Assembly (NCBI RefSeq): GCF_009914755.1
Contig: NC_060942.1
DNA: 64,000 bases
From: the human T2T-CHM13v2.0 reference genome, Homo sapiens
Strand: one strand, 5' to 3'
The notes beneath the pieces were generated by a model. It ran no database searches, was not told where the DNA came from, and worked only from the letters and a program-made list of their open reading frames with translations. A program made the translations under genes and the position numbers. Shown piece after piece: positions 39,851-53,930 of the stretch (position 1 is the first letter of the stretch; each line of letters opens with the position of its first letter).

Positions 39851-40780
39851 GAGGCTAGAGAGGCTTGATGACTTGTCCAACATCAGAAAACATGTGTAGA
39901 CTAGTGCACAGGGCTCCTGGCTTGGGTTCTGTGGCTCTTCTGCTAGTACATTTCTTTCCATTTCTGAAATACTGTTATTCCATCAAGTTTCCTGTGATGG
40001 ATGTCCTGGTGCCCCAGACCCCCTGTCCAGCACTGAAGCACTCCTTCCCCCTACTGCTGGGGGCGTTGGTACACTGGTCCACTATGTAGAGACTGCTGGA
40101 TGAAGAAGTATGAAGACAGGATAATTCTGAATGGCCCTTTCACCTCCAGAGCTTCCTATAGTCACTGCATTGCAATTCAACTGCTCCATTTGCCCAATCC
40201 TCCTTCTCCCACTCCTGTCAAGGGAACTTGTAGATTCCAAAAAACACCTTCCAACAAATCCCTGCTGCCAGTTTTAATCTCAGAGTCTGCTTTCTGGGGA
40301 ACCTGATCCATAAAATTTCTTCCTGGTTCATAATTCTTTTGTGAGTATTTAAGAGTGCTTGCCATGTTGGGTTCTGTGCCAGGTGCTTGGAATATGAAGA
40401 GAAATAAAACCCAGTTTCTACTTAAGTGGTTTGCCATCTACCAGAGGTGCTGGTCAACAGCCACCTCCAGTGCCCTGTCTGAGCTGCTGTAATAGCAATG
40501 TAAAAGTGGTATGGGAGCACTGAAGAGGGAGATGCTGATGTCCTGGCCAAAGAGGTCAGCCAAGGCCATTGTGGTCTATACATTCTAACTGTTCTTAGCT
40601 GTCTGTTTAGGAGGCTGAACCCCTTCTTGAAACAACAGTTGCTCTTGCTTGCCCCTACAAACTTGTATGTACCAGATAGTCTTTATTTCACTTTAGGTGG
40701 GCTGTAGGAGAGAAAGTGGTGAGTAGAGGAGAGACAATAAAGAAAAGAAAAAAGTGCAAGAACCAAGGTATATAGGACAT

Positions 40781-41284
40781 CATGATGGTTAATTTTAGAT
40801 GTCAACTTGACTGGGTTAAGGCATACTCAGATAGATGGCAAAACATTATTTATCAGGATGCTTGTGAGGTTGTTTCTGGAACAACCTTGCATTTTAATCA
40901 GTGGATTGAGTAAAGAAAATTTGCCCTCATCAATGTGAGCAGGCATTATCTATTTCACTGAGGGCCCGAGAGAACAAAAAGGCAGAGGAAAGGTGGATTT
41001 GCTGTCGCTGTTTGAGCTGGGACATCCATCTTCTTCTGTCCTTGGACATTAGAACTCCATGTTCTTGGGCCTTTGGGATTTGGGAATTATACTGGTGGCC
41101 CCCAGTTTCTCAGGCCTTTGGCTTCACATGAATTATACCACCGGGTTTCCTGGTTTTCCAGCTTGCCAACAGCATATCATGGGACTTCTCTGACTCAACA
41201 ATCACATGAGCCAATTCTCATAATAAATACACTCTATCTATCTATCTATCTATCTATCTATCCATCCATCTATCTATCGATCTG

Positions 41285-41345
<61 letters not shown>

Positions 41346-41436
41346 GTCTATACCATCTATCTATCTATCCATCTACCCACTCATCCTTTCATCCATTCCA
41401 TTGGTTATGTTTCTCTGGCAAACCTTGAGTAATACA
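40781..41436 (+). mobile_element. MLT2B (ERVL) solo LTR
   Basis: ATGGTTAATTTTAGATGTCAACTTGACTGGGTTAAGG...AAAGGCAGAGGAAAGG...ATTGGTTATGTTTCTCTGGCAAACCTTGAGTAATACA. Confidence 0.93.
41233..41372. repeat. Compound (TCTA)n/(TCCA)n tetranucleotide STR inside the MLT2B LTR
   Basis: Interrupted TCTA arrays read directly. Confidence 0.96.
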
Positions 41437-43639
41437 GATACAGTTCGAGAGTTCAGTTTGGGCCTCTCATCTGTGACTCACCCTTCCTTCCCTGGAGGCT
41501 TTTCACCATCGCTGTCACCAAGACCAGGCACCCAGAGATCTCACATTCAGCCCCTCCCACGAAGAAGCTCCAGGATGAGAGCTGACCTGTTAGGGAGATA
41601 ATATCAAAGTCCATGTGACACCCTCCAAGGGAGACTTTCCCTCTGTGTCTTAAGTGGTAGAAGAGAAAACAGTCTTCAACCAGAAGGTGGGTGAGATTTA
41701 GGAGCCTCCAGTGGGTCCTCCTGATGCTTCTGACACTGGACCTATGTGGGCCGATGTGCACAGATGAGGTTATGCAGTCCTGCACCTCCAGACCTGGTGA
41801 TGGAGAACAAGTAGGTATGGGTCTTTGTGACAACTGCCCCGCTGTGTGCACTGGCTGAAAAGAGGATGGCCAGTACACCAGTACTTAGGAGGAAGGAGGC
41901 CCATAACTCCACTAATCTCAAATAGTCCCATGACGCCTGCAGAGCATCCCCTGTGGGCCAAGCCCTGGTGTGGGCCAGACAGAGGGTGCTAGTGAAATAG
42001 AAGTGAAGGCCTCAGCCTTCGAGCAGCCTCCAGCTCAAGTGGGTTGACAGGCACATCATCACCAGGTGTCTGAAGTCTGGTGGAAGACAAACAATCTGCA
42101 CCCTGGGGAGCCTCAGGCCTCCTGGCCTAATTTGAGAAATGTGGTTTCTGCCACAGGCCAGTATTTAGGACAAACATACATGTTTAAAAGACCCATGAAG
42201 AGACACAAATAAGACATTAACATGTGCAAATGGTTACAGCTGGGTAGCTAGTGTCAGTAGACAGGACAGAGAGACAGAACTGAGAGCAGGATGTCCCAAA
42301 CACATGGAGTCAGCCCATCACCCCTCAGCAAAATCAGGTGATGATGAGGGCGGGGGTGCGGGGGGAGCTCCAGGCAGCAGGAGGTACATTGTAGATAAAG
42401 CATTAGTTATTAGAAAACCCAGTGTCCTCCCTAATTGTAGGTAGTGAATGCTGTACAATACTGAAAGTGAATACTGTGCAACTGTATGCATATATATGTG
42501 AAAGTATGAAAATTACCAAGGGGACATATTTGAGGGACCTCTAACAGCATCACTCAGGTGTTTTGTATGCATGAGTTTATGATATGTGAGCATAATTGTG
42601 TGTAGAATGTGTGCATGTTTGTGTGTGTGTGCTTACACTTGTGGGGGCTTCCTTTCTGTTGGGGGAGGCTGAATATGCCCATGCACTAATCATCTAATCT
42701 GCTCTCTTTCTTATTCCAGGAAGTGTTCCCTGTGAACCCATGAGACTTCATCCCTGCGTTGGTCTGGCTGGCTTTCCCTGTGAGATACAGGTTCCTCCTG
42801 AAGAGCTGAAGCTCCATTCCAGCTCTAGACTTCTCCTTGCTTTCAGACTTCAAGATGAGAAGCATTTTTCCAGTCCACAAGTGTTAGAGGACACTGCCGA
42901 TGATGTGTGTTTTGCCCAGGCTGGACTCAGCTTCTTTGTCTCGGTAAAGGTTAAGTTTTCTTCAATATAAGAGGAATCTAGAGAAACTGAGACCATTAAG
43001 CAAATTTTTAGAAGTAGATGAGAAGGAAAGTTGGAAAACAAAGTACCCTTGCTTACAGAGAAACTAGGAGATCACCTTAATTAAGAAAGCACCTTAATTT
43101 GGGGCAGAGAGGGGTTTATAGAAAGTTGGTTGGAGAGAGTGGAGCTTGACGTAGAGCTAATTTCCTGAATTCTTGGGTTAAAGACTCCCCATGGCATCCC
43201 TCCCAAAAGCAGACAGCAGTAAAAGGAGCAGGTTTGAGCCAGGAAAGCTGATGGTCTGGCTGCATAGTGGGCAAAGTACCCTGGGGCCTGGACAGCCTGC
43301 TGCATGGCCCTTTGCTGATGGGCCTGGAGGAGGGAGAAAGCAACAGCCCTAGGTGCCCAGGCCCGACTCCCAGGGCATTTAAGGTATCTGAAGCGCAGGC
43401 AGGACAAGGGGTGTAGAAGATGCAGTCAGCTTTGGTTTCCTCCTGCCTTCACACAGCCCTGGCTTTGTCTGTCACTTGGGGCACCCAACACAAGGGCAGT
43501 GATCCTAGTAACTATCACCTGCCTCTTCCTCTTCCTGTCCGCAGATCCTCACTGCCTGGGCCCCACTCCAAGGCCTTGCTCACACCTTTACATCCACCCA
43601 GAATGCACTTCACTGCTCTACACTGATCTAAACACCACC

Positions 43640-44960
43640 CAGTCTCCAAGGCTTGGTTTGAATACCACTTACTCCAGGAAGCCTTTCATGATTTCTTTAG
43701 TTCCCCAGTTCTCTTGGATTCTGGACTCTTCTAATTTTTCTCCTGCTTTACTGCCCTTGTCTCACTCACTCTTCCTCCCACCCACCCGAATGTTGGAATA
43801 CCTAGAGCATCGTGCTCGGCTCTCTTTTTTCCTTTACAAACACTTTCTGTTTTCAGGGAAATTTCTTCACCTTGTGGTTTTAATTACTAACCTTATATCA
43901 ATAACTCCAAAATTATTCAAGTGTGTACACCTGGCCTGTTCCATGATCTTGAGACTCAGGTACCCAATTGTTTTCTCTTCACCTCTACTTTTTCATCTAA
44001 TAGGAATCCCAACCCTCAAACATCCCCAAAGGAGGCTCTGCTTCCTTCTGTAACTTCTCTTTTACAAGTCTCAGTCAATGGCACCACCACCACCATATAC
44101 CTAGTTGCTCAAGCCAAGCAGAAGCCTAATTCTAATCTATCTCACTCTTCTATTCCCTGGATATCTTTCATTGACAAATCCTACTGACTTTGCTTAAAAA
44201 CATATTCTTCATTCTTCTAAATTGTTCTCTCTCAACCCAGGGCAGGCCACAATCTTCACAATCAGGAATATTGCAAAATCTTCTTTTCACTCATCCCCTT
44301 GCCTTCACCTGTTACCTAAATCTACTCTTCACAAAGTCAAATGGTATTTTTAGGACATAAATGAAACCATGCACTCCTCTGCTCAAAACCCTCCAGGGTC
44401 TTTCTATCATGCTGAGGATAAGATGCAAATTTCTTACCCTAGCCCACATAGTTGAGTTTCCTGGGGTCTGGCCCTTGCCAGATTCTCTGATGTCATCTCT
44501 TGTTCTGCTTCTCTGTTTGCTCATCCCACTCCACCTACTGTTTCTCAGAGGCCCTGAGGTTGTCCCCACCTCGGTTCCTGGGCACTGGCTGTTTCCTTTG
44601 CCTGGGATGCTCTTGCTCTACAACTTGCTCTTGCTGGCTGCTTCCTGTCAGGCAGGTCTCAGATCAAATGTCGCTTCGACTACGAGGCCTTTTTTGACCA
44701 GGTTAAAGAAGCCCCTCACTCGCCCTCTCTCCTACACCACCCCGCTTTATTTTCTTCATAGCACTGATGACACCCTGGCACTGTGTTGCCTGTTTGTTGG
44801 GTTTATTTTTTATTGTCCATCTCCCCACACCAGCATGGAAACTCTATGAGGGCAGAAAGCCTCCCTGACTCACTCCCCAACTCTATCCCAGCCTTTAAAG
44901 TAATGCCTGGCCCAGAACAGGCACACAGCAAGTCTTTACTTAATGACTAAATAAATAAAT
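43640..44960 (+). mobile_element. L2 LINE 3' region
   Basis: TCTCAGTCAATGGCACCACC..CTAGTTGCTCAAGCC, CTCCTCTGCTCAAAACCCTCCA, CAGGTCTCAGATCAAATGTC, TTTCTTCATAGCACT and CTCTATGAGGGCAG, ending in a (TAAA)n tail. Confidence 0.88.
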
Positions 44961-46647
44961 CGGCCCCAAAGAGATGCTGTTTGATTTGGAAAGCTTTGAT
45001 TTCCTTTTTGGGAAACAAGTTCTAGCTGACTACAATTTTTACTCAAAAGGATACAGTCTGTGTATTTTACCCAAGTAACATGCATTGCAGTTTGTGTCCT
45101 TTCCCTAATATTTTGATACAACTATTACTAGGTATTATTTATTTGTTATGGAAGAGATGGACTATATCAGGTCTCCATGTTTTTGTTGATAAACTCTCAA
45201 GCATTGGGAGATTTATGTCCAATGTGTCTTTCTCTCAGCAGCCTGGCGAAGAGGCAGTGCTGTGCCAGGAAATAGCACCCAGGCAGGACTCCAGGGTGGG
45301 GACCGCTAATCTGGCTTTGCCACAAGTGAGTTAAAACCCATTTGAGAAAGTCATGTATCCCAACCTGGTTTTCTAGGTTGCAAGTTGAGCTTAATAATTG
45401 TAGCCCTTCTGCTCTGATGAGGCAATTGGAAAGATGAAGGAGATAGCAAGCATGTATATTTAAAGGGAAGGTGGTTGTCACTCTTTATTTCTTCACTCAT
45501 TCATCCATCAAATATTTCACAGCAATGCACTGGGCTAGCTAATGCATGGATGAAAGGATGATGGGATGGGCACTGTATACCCTTCCCACCCTCACGTGTC
45601 TGGTAGGCTTGATGCACATCAATGATGATGGCTGAGAGGTGCAAGGTTACATAAGAGAGATGCAGCACTGGGCTGTGGGGTTCAGAAGCGGGATGGTCTC
45701 AGTTGGGAGGCTCCTGAGATAAGGGAAGATGTTGCCTTGAGGAAGCCAGACCTAACCAAAACCAGTGCCTCAGGGGTCTGCAAAGTACCCAGCCGAGGGG
45801 CCAGCACAGCTCCAGCAGGCTGCGGACAGTAAGGTAACATCTCCCAGCCAAGGCCATCCTTCATGACCCTTCAGCGTTGAAGCTTGAATTGACCTGACTG
45901 GCAGATCCTGAGGATGTGGAGCAAATATTTCTCCTTTTAGAATAAGCTTTAACATTCACACAGAGACAGAAGAAAAAAAAATACAGGCATTTATTATCTT
46001 ATATGTGCTGTTAATTGATTCATTTTGAGCCTTTTTTGCCTTGCCTCAATGGGGGTTCAGTCTTGTCTTCCCTGGAGGAGCCAGGCTGCAGGCAGGCCCG
46101 AAGAGTTTCACTGGGTTCTTTGGATCTCATCTCGCTTACAGCTACTATTTCCAGTAGGCAAAATCTTTTGCTCCAATTAACACCATCTCCGTTGCAGCCC
46201 AGTTCCCTCTGTTCTTCTTTCCCTGAGCAAAGCTTCCCAGGCTTGGGGCAGACAAGAGCCCTGAGATCAGGGCTCTTCTGGGAGTTGCTGGAAAAGACCA
46301 GAGAGGCAGCTGAGGGTATTTCTGCCAGCGAATCTCCAATTCTATCTTTATACAATGCACACAGAAAGGGAAGGCATCCCTGAATTCCTTCCATTACAGA
46401 TTGGAATAGCCTTTGACAAAGAGTTAAGGTGTCAGCATAAAATGTAGGATCAAGTCTCTGGAAAAAGAAAAAAGAAAGAAATGTGACAAAGTTTTATTTT
46501 TATTTTTTATAAAGGAAAATGCAAGTTCTATTTATTTGGCAAATGGAACGAATGCCGTCTGGAATAACATGACTGCTTTCCTTCTTTTTTGCATAAACAA
46601 ACTTTCACAACACAGGTGGGAGGCAATCAGGGTGAATTTGTCCCCCC

Positions 46648-46831
46648 TAACATTGCCAAATTTAGCAAATAAAACTACAGAATGTGTAGTTAAATTTGAA
46701 TTTCAGATAAAGAATAATTTTTAGTATAAGTATATCCCATGCAATATTTGATATTGAAACTAAAAAAAAATTTGCTCTTTATCTGGAATTCAGATTTAGC
46801 TGGGTGCCCTGTATTTTATCTGGCAACCCTA
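46648..46831. mobile_element. MER53 palindromic hAT MITE
   Basis: TTGCCAAATTTAGCAAATAAAACTACAG...AGTTAAATTTGAATTTCAGATAA...CCTGTATTTTATCTGGCAACCCTA matches the recalled MER53 consensus. Confidence 0.9.
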
Positions 46832-47084
46832 CCTTCCATAGGCCTCAAGTTACCACTGAGCCCAGTCAGGAGCTCTGGTTCTGGGGTTGTCCCCTGCCCA
46901 GTCCTCCAAGGATCTGCTCTGCTGCTGCCTTCTTTCCAGATTCTTTTTCCAGGGCAACACATCCAGGGTTTCTGTGGGAGATTCTCCTCCTCACAGTACT
47001 TACCCCAAAGTCTCTGGCTCCTGGGATTGACAAGAAACAATCATGTAGTGAGGTTTAATAATACATGCAGGTGTGGTCTTCCTT

Positions 47085-47597
<513 letters not shown>

Positions 47598-48309
47598 TTA
47601 AAGCCACCAGTGCAGAAAAGTGCAGGTCTGGCCTGAAGTCTCATTGACAGGGACTTAGAGAGGGCCTGAGTGTACTCAGGGTTACAAGAGAGAAGAAAGG
47701 CAAGTAAATGTCTTGGATGCACTGGTATCTACGAATCATTTTTATGGTTCTGGTCCTCAGACATGTGTGAGGGATTCAAGGAAATGAGCTCTGAGACCTC
47801 TGCTGTCCAGAGTCTCACAGCACACATGAGGAGAGATGCTTCCTCTTCTCCACACCCCATCAGTGCTGAAACACTACCTCACATAGAGCCATGGACTGGG
47901 GACATCAGAGTCCAGTGTGTGTGTGTGACAGAGTGGGGGCTGGAAAGAGAGGTCAGGATGTGCTGCAAGCCAAGGAAGGCTGGGCAGGAGCAAGACCAGG
48001 GCGGCCTCGATGGCCTAGATTCTCATTGCGCTGGCGAGTTGTGAGAAGCTTCAATCCGTCCTGAAATGGGGAAATGACGGCAGGAGAAAGTGACTTGGTA
48101 TGTGAGGGGGGAAAGGAAGGCAGGCTAATGTGTGAGCTCACCATCAGAGCTGACACTTAAATGTATGCCTTAGAAAGGCAGAGAGTATGAGTGTAATGAC
48201 AGTAATGAGAGCTGTTATTCCAGTACTATTGAATCTTATCGTAATGTTATTATTACATATAATATATTCTTATTTTTGTTAAAAAGTATAATGATATTAA
48301 CGATAATTC

Positions 48310-48600
48310 TGGTTTACAGTTTCTTGTCCAAATCCGTGGGACCATACTTGTTTCAAAATCGAATTTTTCAAACTTCCCAAAGGTAAAGCGATAAATAATG
48401 CGTATAAAGCAAAACCCCAGTAGCAACTGGGGCAGTATTCTAACCAAACATACTCACACTTCTGCAGCAAAAGTTATGAACATTGATCCTAAGTGGGGTG
48501 AGTAAGCATTATAAAAAGCCTCATGTCTCTCCAGGTCAGGTTTTGAAAAACCTTTTGGTTTTTTAATCTTTTTGGATTCTGTGATTGTGGGCTTGTTATA
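48310..48600 (+). mobile_element. MER46C-like TcMar-Tigger element
   Basis: CCAAATCCGTGGGACCA, CCCCAGTAGCAACTGGGGCAG, TTCTGCAGCAAAAG, CTAAGTGGGG, AGCCTCATGTC..CAGGTCAGGTTTTG and TTTTTGGATT in consensus order. Confidence 0.75.
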
Positions 48601-48609
48601 CCTGCCTGC

Positions 48610-48875
48610 ATCATTTATGGAACATTAACTATTTGGTAAGCAGTGCGCCAGACACTTCAAATACATGATCCCATTTAAAACTCATAGCAGCCCTGTGAGG
48701 AAAACACCAAACAAACATTATTATAGATAGAAACTGCTATTTCCCCTATTTTATAGATAAAGAAAAGGAAGCCAGCAAGGTTGAACAACCTGCCCAAGCT
48801 CTAGGCTCATGGCTATAGAGTAGAAAAGTTAGAACAGGAATTCAAATTCTCTTCTGACTCCAGAGCTGAACTACC
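48610..48875 (-). mobile_element. MIR SINE
   Basis: GATCCCATTTAAAACTCATAGCAGCCCTGTGAGG...CCTATTTTATAGATAAAG...AACCTGCCCAAG...TCTGACTCCAGAGC. Confidence 0.75.
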
Positions 48876-51389
48876 CTGCCAGGGGGAGCTGCAAGTGGGG
48901 AAGCTTTGGAGAGGGGTACACATAGTACCTGGGTAGACACAGAGACATGCACAGTCATGGTAGTCTCTGCAGAGGTGTGTGTCTATATGCAGAACATGTG
49001 TGATTGCTCTTGTGTGAAGCTGTGCGGATGAGTGTGTGTGTACCATAATTTGTGTGCTTGGGTGTCTTTCTGTGCTCCCGCATATCTGTGTGTTGTGGGG
49101 GTGTCTTCTTGGTGTAGGGAGTGTATGGGCATGACACCCTGTGTCTTTGTGTTTGTGCCGTCTCTTCTTGACTCTGCATGAGCAGTTCTGGAACAAGGAG
49201 AGTTACTCTTGTGATATGTCTGCTTTCACAATGTGTACAGCCCAGGGAGGAGGGTGATTGAGTGGATTTCAGTCATTATCAGGAGAGATGGAGTGTTCCA
49301 AGGGAGACCTGGTGATGAAGACTGAGTGCAGGCCCCAAGTGGATGAGTTAGTCAAGGTCAGTGCACAATCACCCATGGGCCCAGGGAGCTCTGGCAAGCA
49401 CCTCAGTGCGGTCAGTGAACTTCGACTTGGTTCAGTTATTTTTGAGGGGACTGTCCTCTGGATAAATGAAAGAAATCCAGATGTTCTCAAAGGTTCTTAG
49501 GAGAAGGAAGAGATAAAGATGAAAGCCTTTGTGGAGACCTTGGTTTTGCATTGTTGGTCTGCATATTGGGAAGTCAGCAGGGCTGCATGCAGTAGGTGGG
49601 AAGGAAGGCTGCTGCACAATTGTTTTCTGTTTTCCTGGACCATGCTCTAGAGAGTGAACCTGGGGAGGAGCTGAGACACCCTACTCCCTGGCAAGCAAGT
49701 TCAAGTAAGCAATGACCCTGATAATCGGAATTCACAGCTCAGGCCTTGGGCACTGTGGATATTGGATGGCAAACCTCAACACACCAACTCAGGGACAAAC
49801 AAACAAACAAACAAAAAAAACAAAACCACAAACAAAAAAACCAGCTATATTGCTTAGGGTTCATTGCCAGTCTATATTCTCTATGAACCCCTGACTTGTA
49901 CTACAAGGAGAGAAAAAAAGGGAAGAAGCTAACACATATTGTCTAATGTGCCAGGTGCCTTGTTAGTCATTTTTCATGCTTTATTTTGTTTCTTCCTGAG
50001 AGCTGCTTCTAAGGTAGGTATTACTATTTTATTTGCATTTTAAAGAAGCTCATGAGGGTTAGGTAGCTTATCTCCAGTCATCCTGCTAGCTGGGATTTGA
50101 ACCCATGACTCTCTAACTACAATCCCTTTATACCACATTGCCTCTGAGTCTCCCCCCTTCTCAGAACACTGTTGCCAGTAGACCCTGAACCATAAACTGC
50201 AAACACATTAGTTTTCATTGTTGTAAGTATTTCTTGTGTTTCCTTTAATACAATTATAAAAATTTCAAGTACAGAAGAGATCTGATACTATAGTTGAAAG
50301 TTCCCTAAACTGGGACTCAGGAAAACTGAGTTCTAGACTTAGGCCTTTATCGCTTCAGATTCCCTCATCTGGAAAACAAAGTGGTTGGCAAAGATGCTGG
50401 TATAAACCCTTTTTAGTTAAAGGTGGGTTAGGTTCTGACCCTGAGAGGGACTTTGTCTTACTTCTGAGTTCCCTGAGAGTCTGTAGCACAGAGCCAGGCA
50501 TAAGGTGACATTGGCATATGCACTAAATCCTTCATTATATCAAGTGTTGTTAATTCACGGTGATTTTTAAAACCAACAAATGACAAAACACTAACACCGA
50601 AAACACAAATTGACAAATAGTTGCTAATGTTCCCTGAGCTCTTATTAGGTGTCAGGTACTCTTTTCTAGGAATGGGGCGGACAGGGACCTTATAACTATT
50701 GTGCACTGTGACTTGCTTATTTAAACTCTGCGGTAAAAAGGAAGCTAATGGACCTTCCAACCCTGCTGAAAGCCACCCACAAACACATTGTAGTCAATAT
50801 CAATTTTCCAATGTATTACTGATTCTAACAGGCATTAATTTCCAAACAAACAATGGTTTCCTTTGGTGATTTCCATACTGCAGATACAACTACCATTTTT
50901 GCTGACCTGCTTCTTGTCAGATATTTTTTGACTGTCTATAGAAAGAGAGAACTTATTTTTGGGTGTATTTATTGAACTGAACTGGGAGAAGGGGGATAGG
51001 GGATTATAAGAGAGAGAATTGTCAATAACTGTCTCCACCCCTGCTCTGCCCAAAGTTGATGTAAAACTCCCATATCCATGGTCCCTGATTCCTCTCCAAT
51101 ATGTGCTTTAAATTGCTTTCTTCATTTTGCCAGCACCCATACACATCAATTGCATTCACCTTTGGCCTCTATTTCATTTTTGTTTGGCATTGCAAAAGCG
51201 CATAAATGCTGGTATGACTAAGGACTTATCTGTGAAGCATTCATTCATTCATTCATCAAATATGTGCAAGGAGCTTAGGTCTGAATGTAAAAAGTGGAGC
51301 TCAAGGTCAGAAGGGTCATTGAGGAAGGAGACTGGCCCTGGCATTAGCCGCACCTCCTTCTGAGTGGGATGGGCCCCAGAGGCATTGTG

Positions 51390-51800
51390 GGTCCATGGAA
51401 GTTGAGTTTCCAGGAAGTCCATACTTCCTATGTGCCCTGGGATGGAAATTTGTAGCCCACCCCAGGGGCCTACTCCTGCTCCTTCTTCAGTCCCCCTCTT
51501 TTTATTTTGCCATTTCTCTGGCAATTGCATCCCCTCATAGGCTGTAGTTATTATTGCTGTACTGAGTACTCCTGAACATATACTCCATCTCAGGTGTCCA
51601 ATCTGAGTGCATACTGGGTGTCCTGACTTGCAGGCATCTCAAACTCAACTTCTCCAAACCAACTCCCCGCAACAAAAGACCCTCTACTGTGTCCTTTTTG
51701 TCCTCTGTACACCTAACCCACTGATGCCTAAAGGAAACATACGGGTTATCCTACAGTCTTGTTTCCTCTCATTTCTACATCTAATCAGTTAATGACAAAA
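51390..51800 (+). mobile_element. Degenerate L2 fragment
   Basis: CAGGCATCTCAAACTCAAC..TCCAAACCAACTC, GGAAACATACGGGTTATCCT and ACATCTAATCAGT. Confidence 0.55.
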
Positions 51801-51869
51801 AAATCCCCCTTTAATTAAAATTAATTAAAGTAATTAATTAAATAGTAATTAAACTATTTTTTAGTTAGT

Positions 51870-52220
51870 AAACTTTTGTTAAAGTATAATATCCATGCAA
51901 AAAGCTTCCATAAGTGCACAATGTGATGGGATTTTTCCCAAGTAGAATATATATCTCTATAACCACAATTCAGATAAAAAAATCAGACCTTTCCTAGCGG
52001 AAGTACCCTCCATCACCTCTCAATCACTGCCCCACAAAGGTGATTATTCTCCTGACTTCAAACATCAATGATAAGCCTTGTTTGATTTCAAACTTTCTAT
52101 AAATGGACTCATAGTACACGTCTTTTTGCCTGGCTTCTTTCACTCAACATTATGCTTGTGAGGTGCATCCATGCTGTTACTCATGATCAGTTGTTTATTT
52201 CTCAGTGCTGTGTGGTATTC
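51870..52220 (-). mobile_element. L1M (ME/MC-like) 3' fragment
   Basis: AAGTATAAT...ATTCTCCTGACTTC...TTTTGCCTGGCTTCTTTCACTCAACATTATG..TGAG..CATCCATGCTGTT. Confidence 0.85.
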
Positions 52221-52365
52221 TTGTTGCATAGCAAGGGAGTATTATTATAAAGTGTGTATCTTCATGAGGCTCTTTGAAGACATACTGGATAGAGTCAAAT
52301 CATGAGAAGTTTCATTTCATAGAGTACATCTTTAAAAGAAAGGCACACCATTTTGTGATATTTAG

Positions 52366-52697
52366 TTTTTTAATTTTTATTTTACAATGTTTATTATTAT
52401 AATGTTTTTTGAGACAGAGTCTCACTCTGTAGCCCAGCCTGGAGTGCAGTGATGCAATTATAGCTCACTGCGATTCCTGGGCTCAAGCAATCCTTCTGCC
52501 TTAGCCTCCCAATTAGTTAGGACTACAGGCAGGTGCCACAAAGCCTAGCTAATTTTCTAATTTTGTTTAAAGGTTTTTTTAGCAATGATGCCTGGCTATA
52601 TTGCCTAGGCTGGTTTTGAACTCTTGGCTTCAAACAATCCTCTCTCCTCGGCCTCCGAAAGTGTTGGGATTATAGGCATGAGCCATTGAGCCCTGGC
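52366..52697 (-). mobile_element. AluJ
   Basis: Diverged dimer (CCTGGGCTCAAGCAATCC, CTATATTGCCTAGGCTGG); degenerate TSD TGTGATATTTA at 52354 and TATGATGTTTA at 52698. Confidence 0.93.
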
Positions 52698-53665
52698 TAT
52701 GATGTTTAAAGCTTACCAATAAGGAAGTTGAGGCACTCTGTAGAGAACCAGACAGCTAAGAAGCCAGAAAAAGTAAAAGTGAAACTTCTTCTATTTTCTG
52801 GAGTTTGTGCTCTTCGTTGCAGTTTTGAAAGAAGAGTCATGCTTCAATTAATAACAGACAACGGAGTCAATATGAAGGGAGCAGAGACAATGATGTGATC
52901 AAATGCCAAGAAATGACTGACAGCAGAAAAAATATCATGTGAGCCAAAGCAATTTCACTTGACTTCTAACTTTATTCATCCAACGAATAACATTTCATCA
53001 CAGTTTTATCAATGGAATGCAATTCCACCCAGATCATTCTGTCAACGACAAGAAACAGCATCAAATCATTCTGTCCACACAAATAAATCAATTGTTGATT
53101 ATTATTTTCTTCTATTTGGGATACAAGGAGGACCAAATATTTCGAGTAAAACAAAGGAAAGGAAAGCAGAAAAACTTTTTGTTGTTGTTGACAAATCCAG
53201 CTGGGTAAATGCAATTTATGTCTTTTGAAAAAATGCATCCTGATGTGAGGAGGGATAAACTGTTTTTAAACTCGAACCAGGGACAAACTGTAATAATAAA
53301 CACACTGGAAGAAAATGCAACCATTTATTGGTTCTTGCAGATAAAATAGCATTTCCAGTTTTTTTTTTTTTGTTTTTTTTTTTTGCTGTTGCTTATGTAG
53401 TTCTCCTTACTGGAATTCCTCTCCCTTTCTTTGAATGTATAATCACATTTTGAGAAAACACGAAATCTCAGGGTCTTACAAAATCCAACAGGGGAACGTG
53501 TCATCTTTAAATGACAAGCTGTGTGGGGAGTACTCTGGTTATGAATTAGGCTGTTTTTCCTAGTACTGCAATTTCTTCTTGCTGCCATTTCGATGGTGTT
53601 GAAAGCCCTTTCTCCAGACTTGTAAGTTGGTGGTCCACTACTGAATGGAAAGAAATCTGGTTTTC

Positions 53666-53930
53666 CATATGTTCTCACTCATAGGTGGGAATTGAACAAT
53701 GAGAACACTTGGACACAGGAAGGGGAACAGCACACACCGGGGCCTGTCGTGGGGTGGGGGGAGGGGGGAGGGATAGCATTAGGAGATATACCTAATGTAA
53801 ATGATAAGTTAATGGGTGCAGCACACCAACATGGAACGTGTATACATATGTAACAAACCTGCACATTGTGCACATGTACCCTAGAACTTAAAGTATAATA
53901 AAAATATATAAGTATATAAAAATAAAAAAA
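53666..53930 (+). mobile_element. Short 5'-truncated L1PA 3'UTR with A-rich tail
   Basis: TGTTCTCACTCATAGGTGGGAATTGAACAATGAGAACAC...CATGTACCCTAGAACTTAAAGTATAATAAA; TSD AAATCTGGTTT at 53653-53663 and 53929-53939. Confidence 0.97.

Noticed and set aside
43499-44849. 184-aa and 162-aa ORFs
   Set aside because: They lie in L2-derived pyrimidine-rich sequence; the Leu/Ser/Pro-rich translation is a compositional artefact.
46648-46831. MER53 hairpin as a miR-1302 family precursor
   Set aside because: miR-1302 genes derive from MER53, but here the central arm is degenerate (TTTGATATTGAAACT) and the mature-like sequence is mismatched.
51809-51860. AT-only palindromes (CTTTAATTAA-AA-TTAATTAAAG)
   Set aside because: Low-complexity sequence at a degraded L1 tail; expected by chance or slippage.
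53160-53228. KLFVVVDKSSWVNAI resembling a Gypsy integrase 'LVVVDxxSKW' motif
   Set aside because: The TDNG motif lies upstream rather than downstream, the wrong order for an integrase; the hAT reading fits better.
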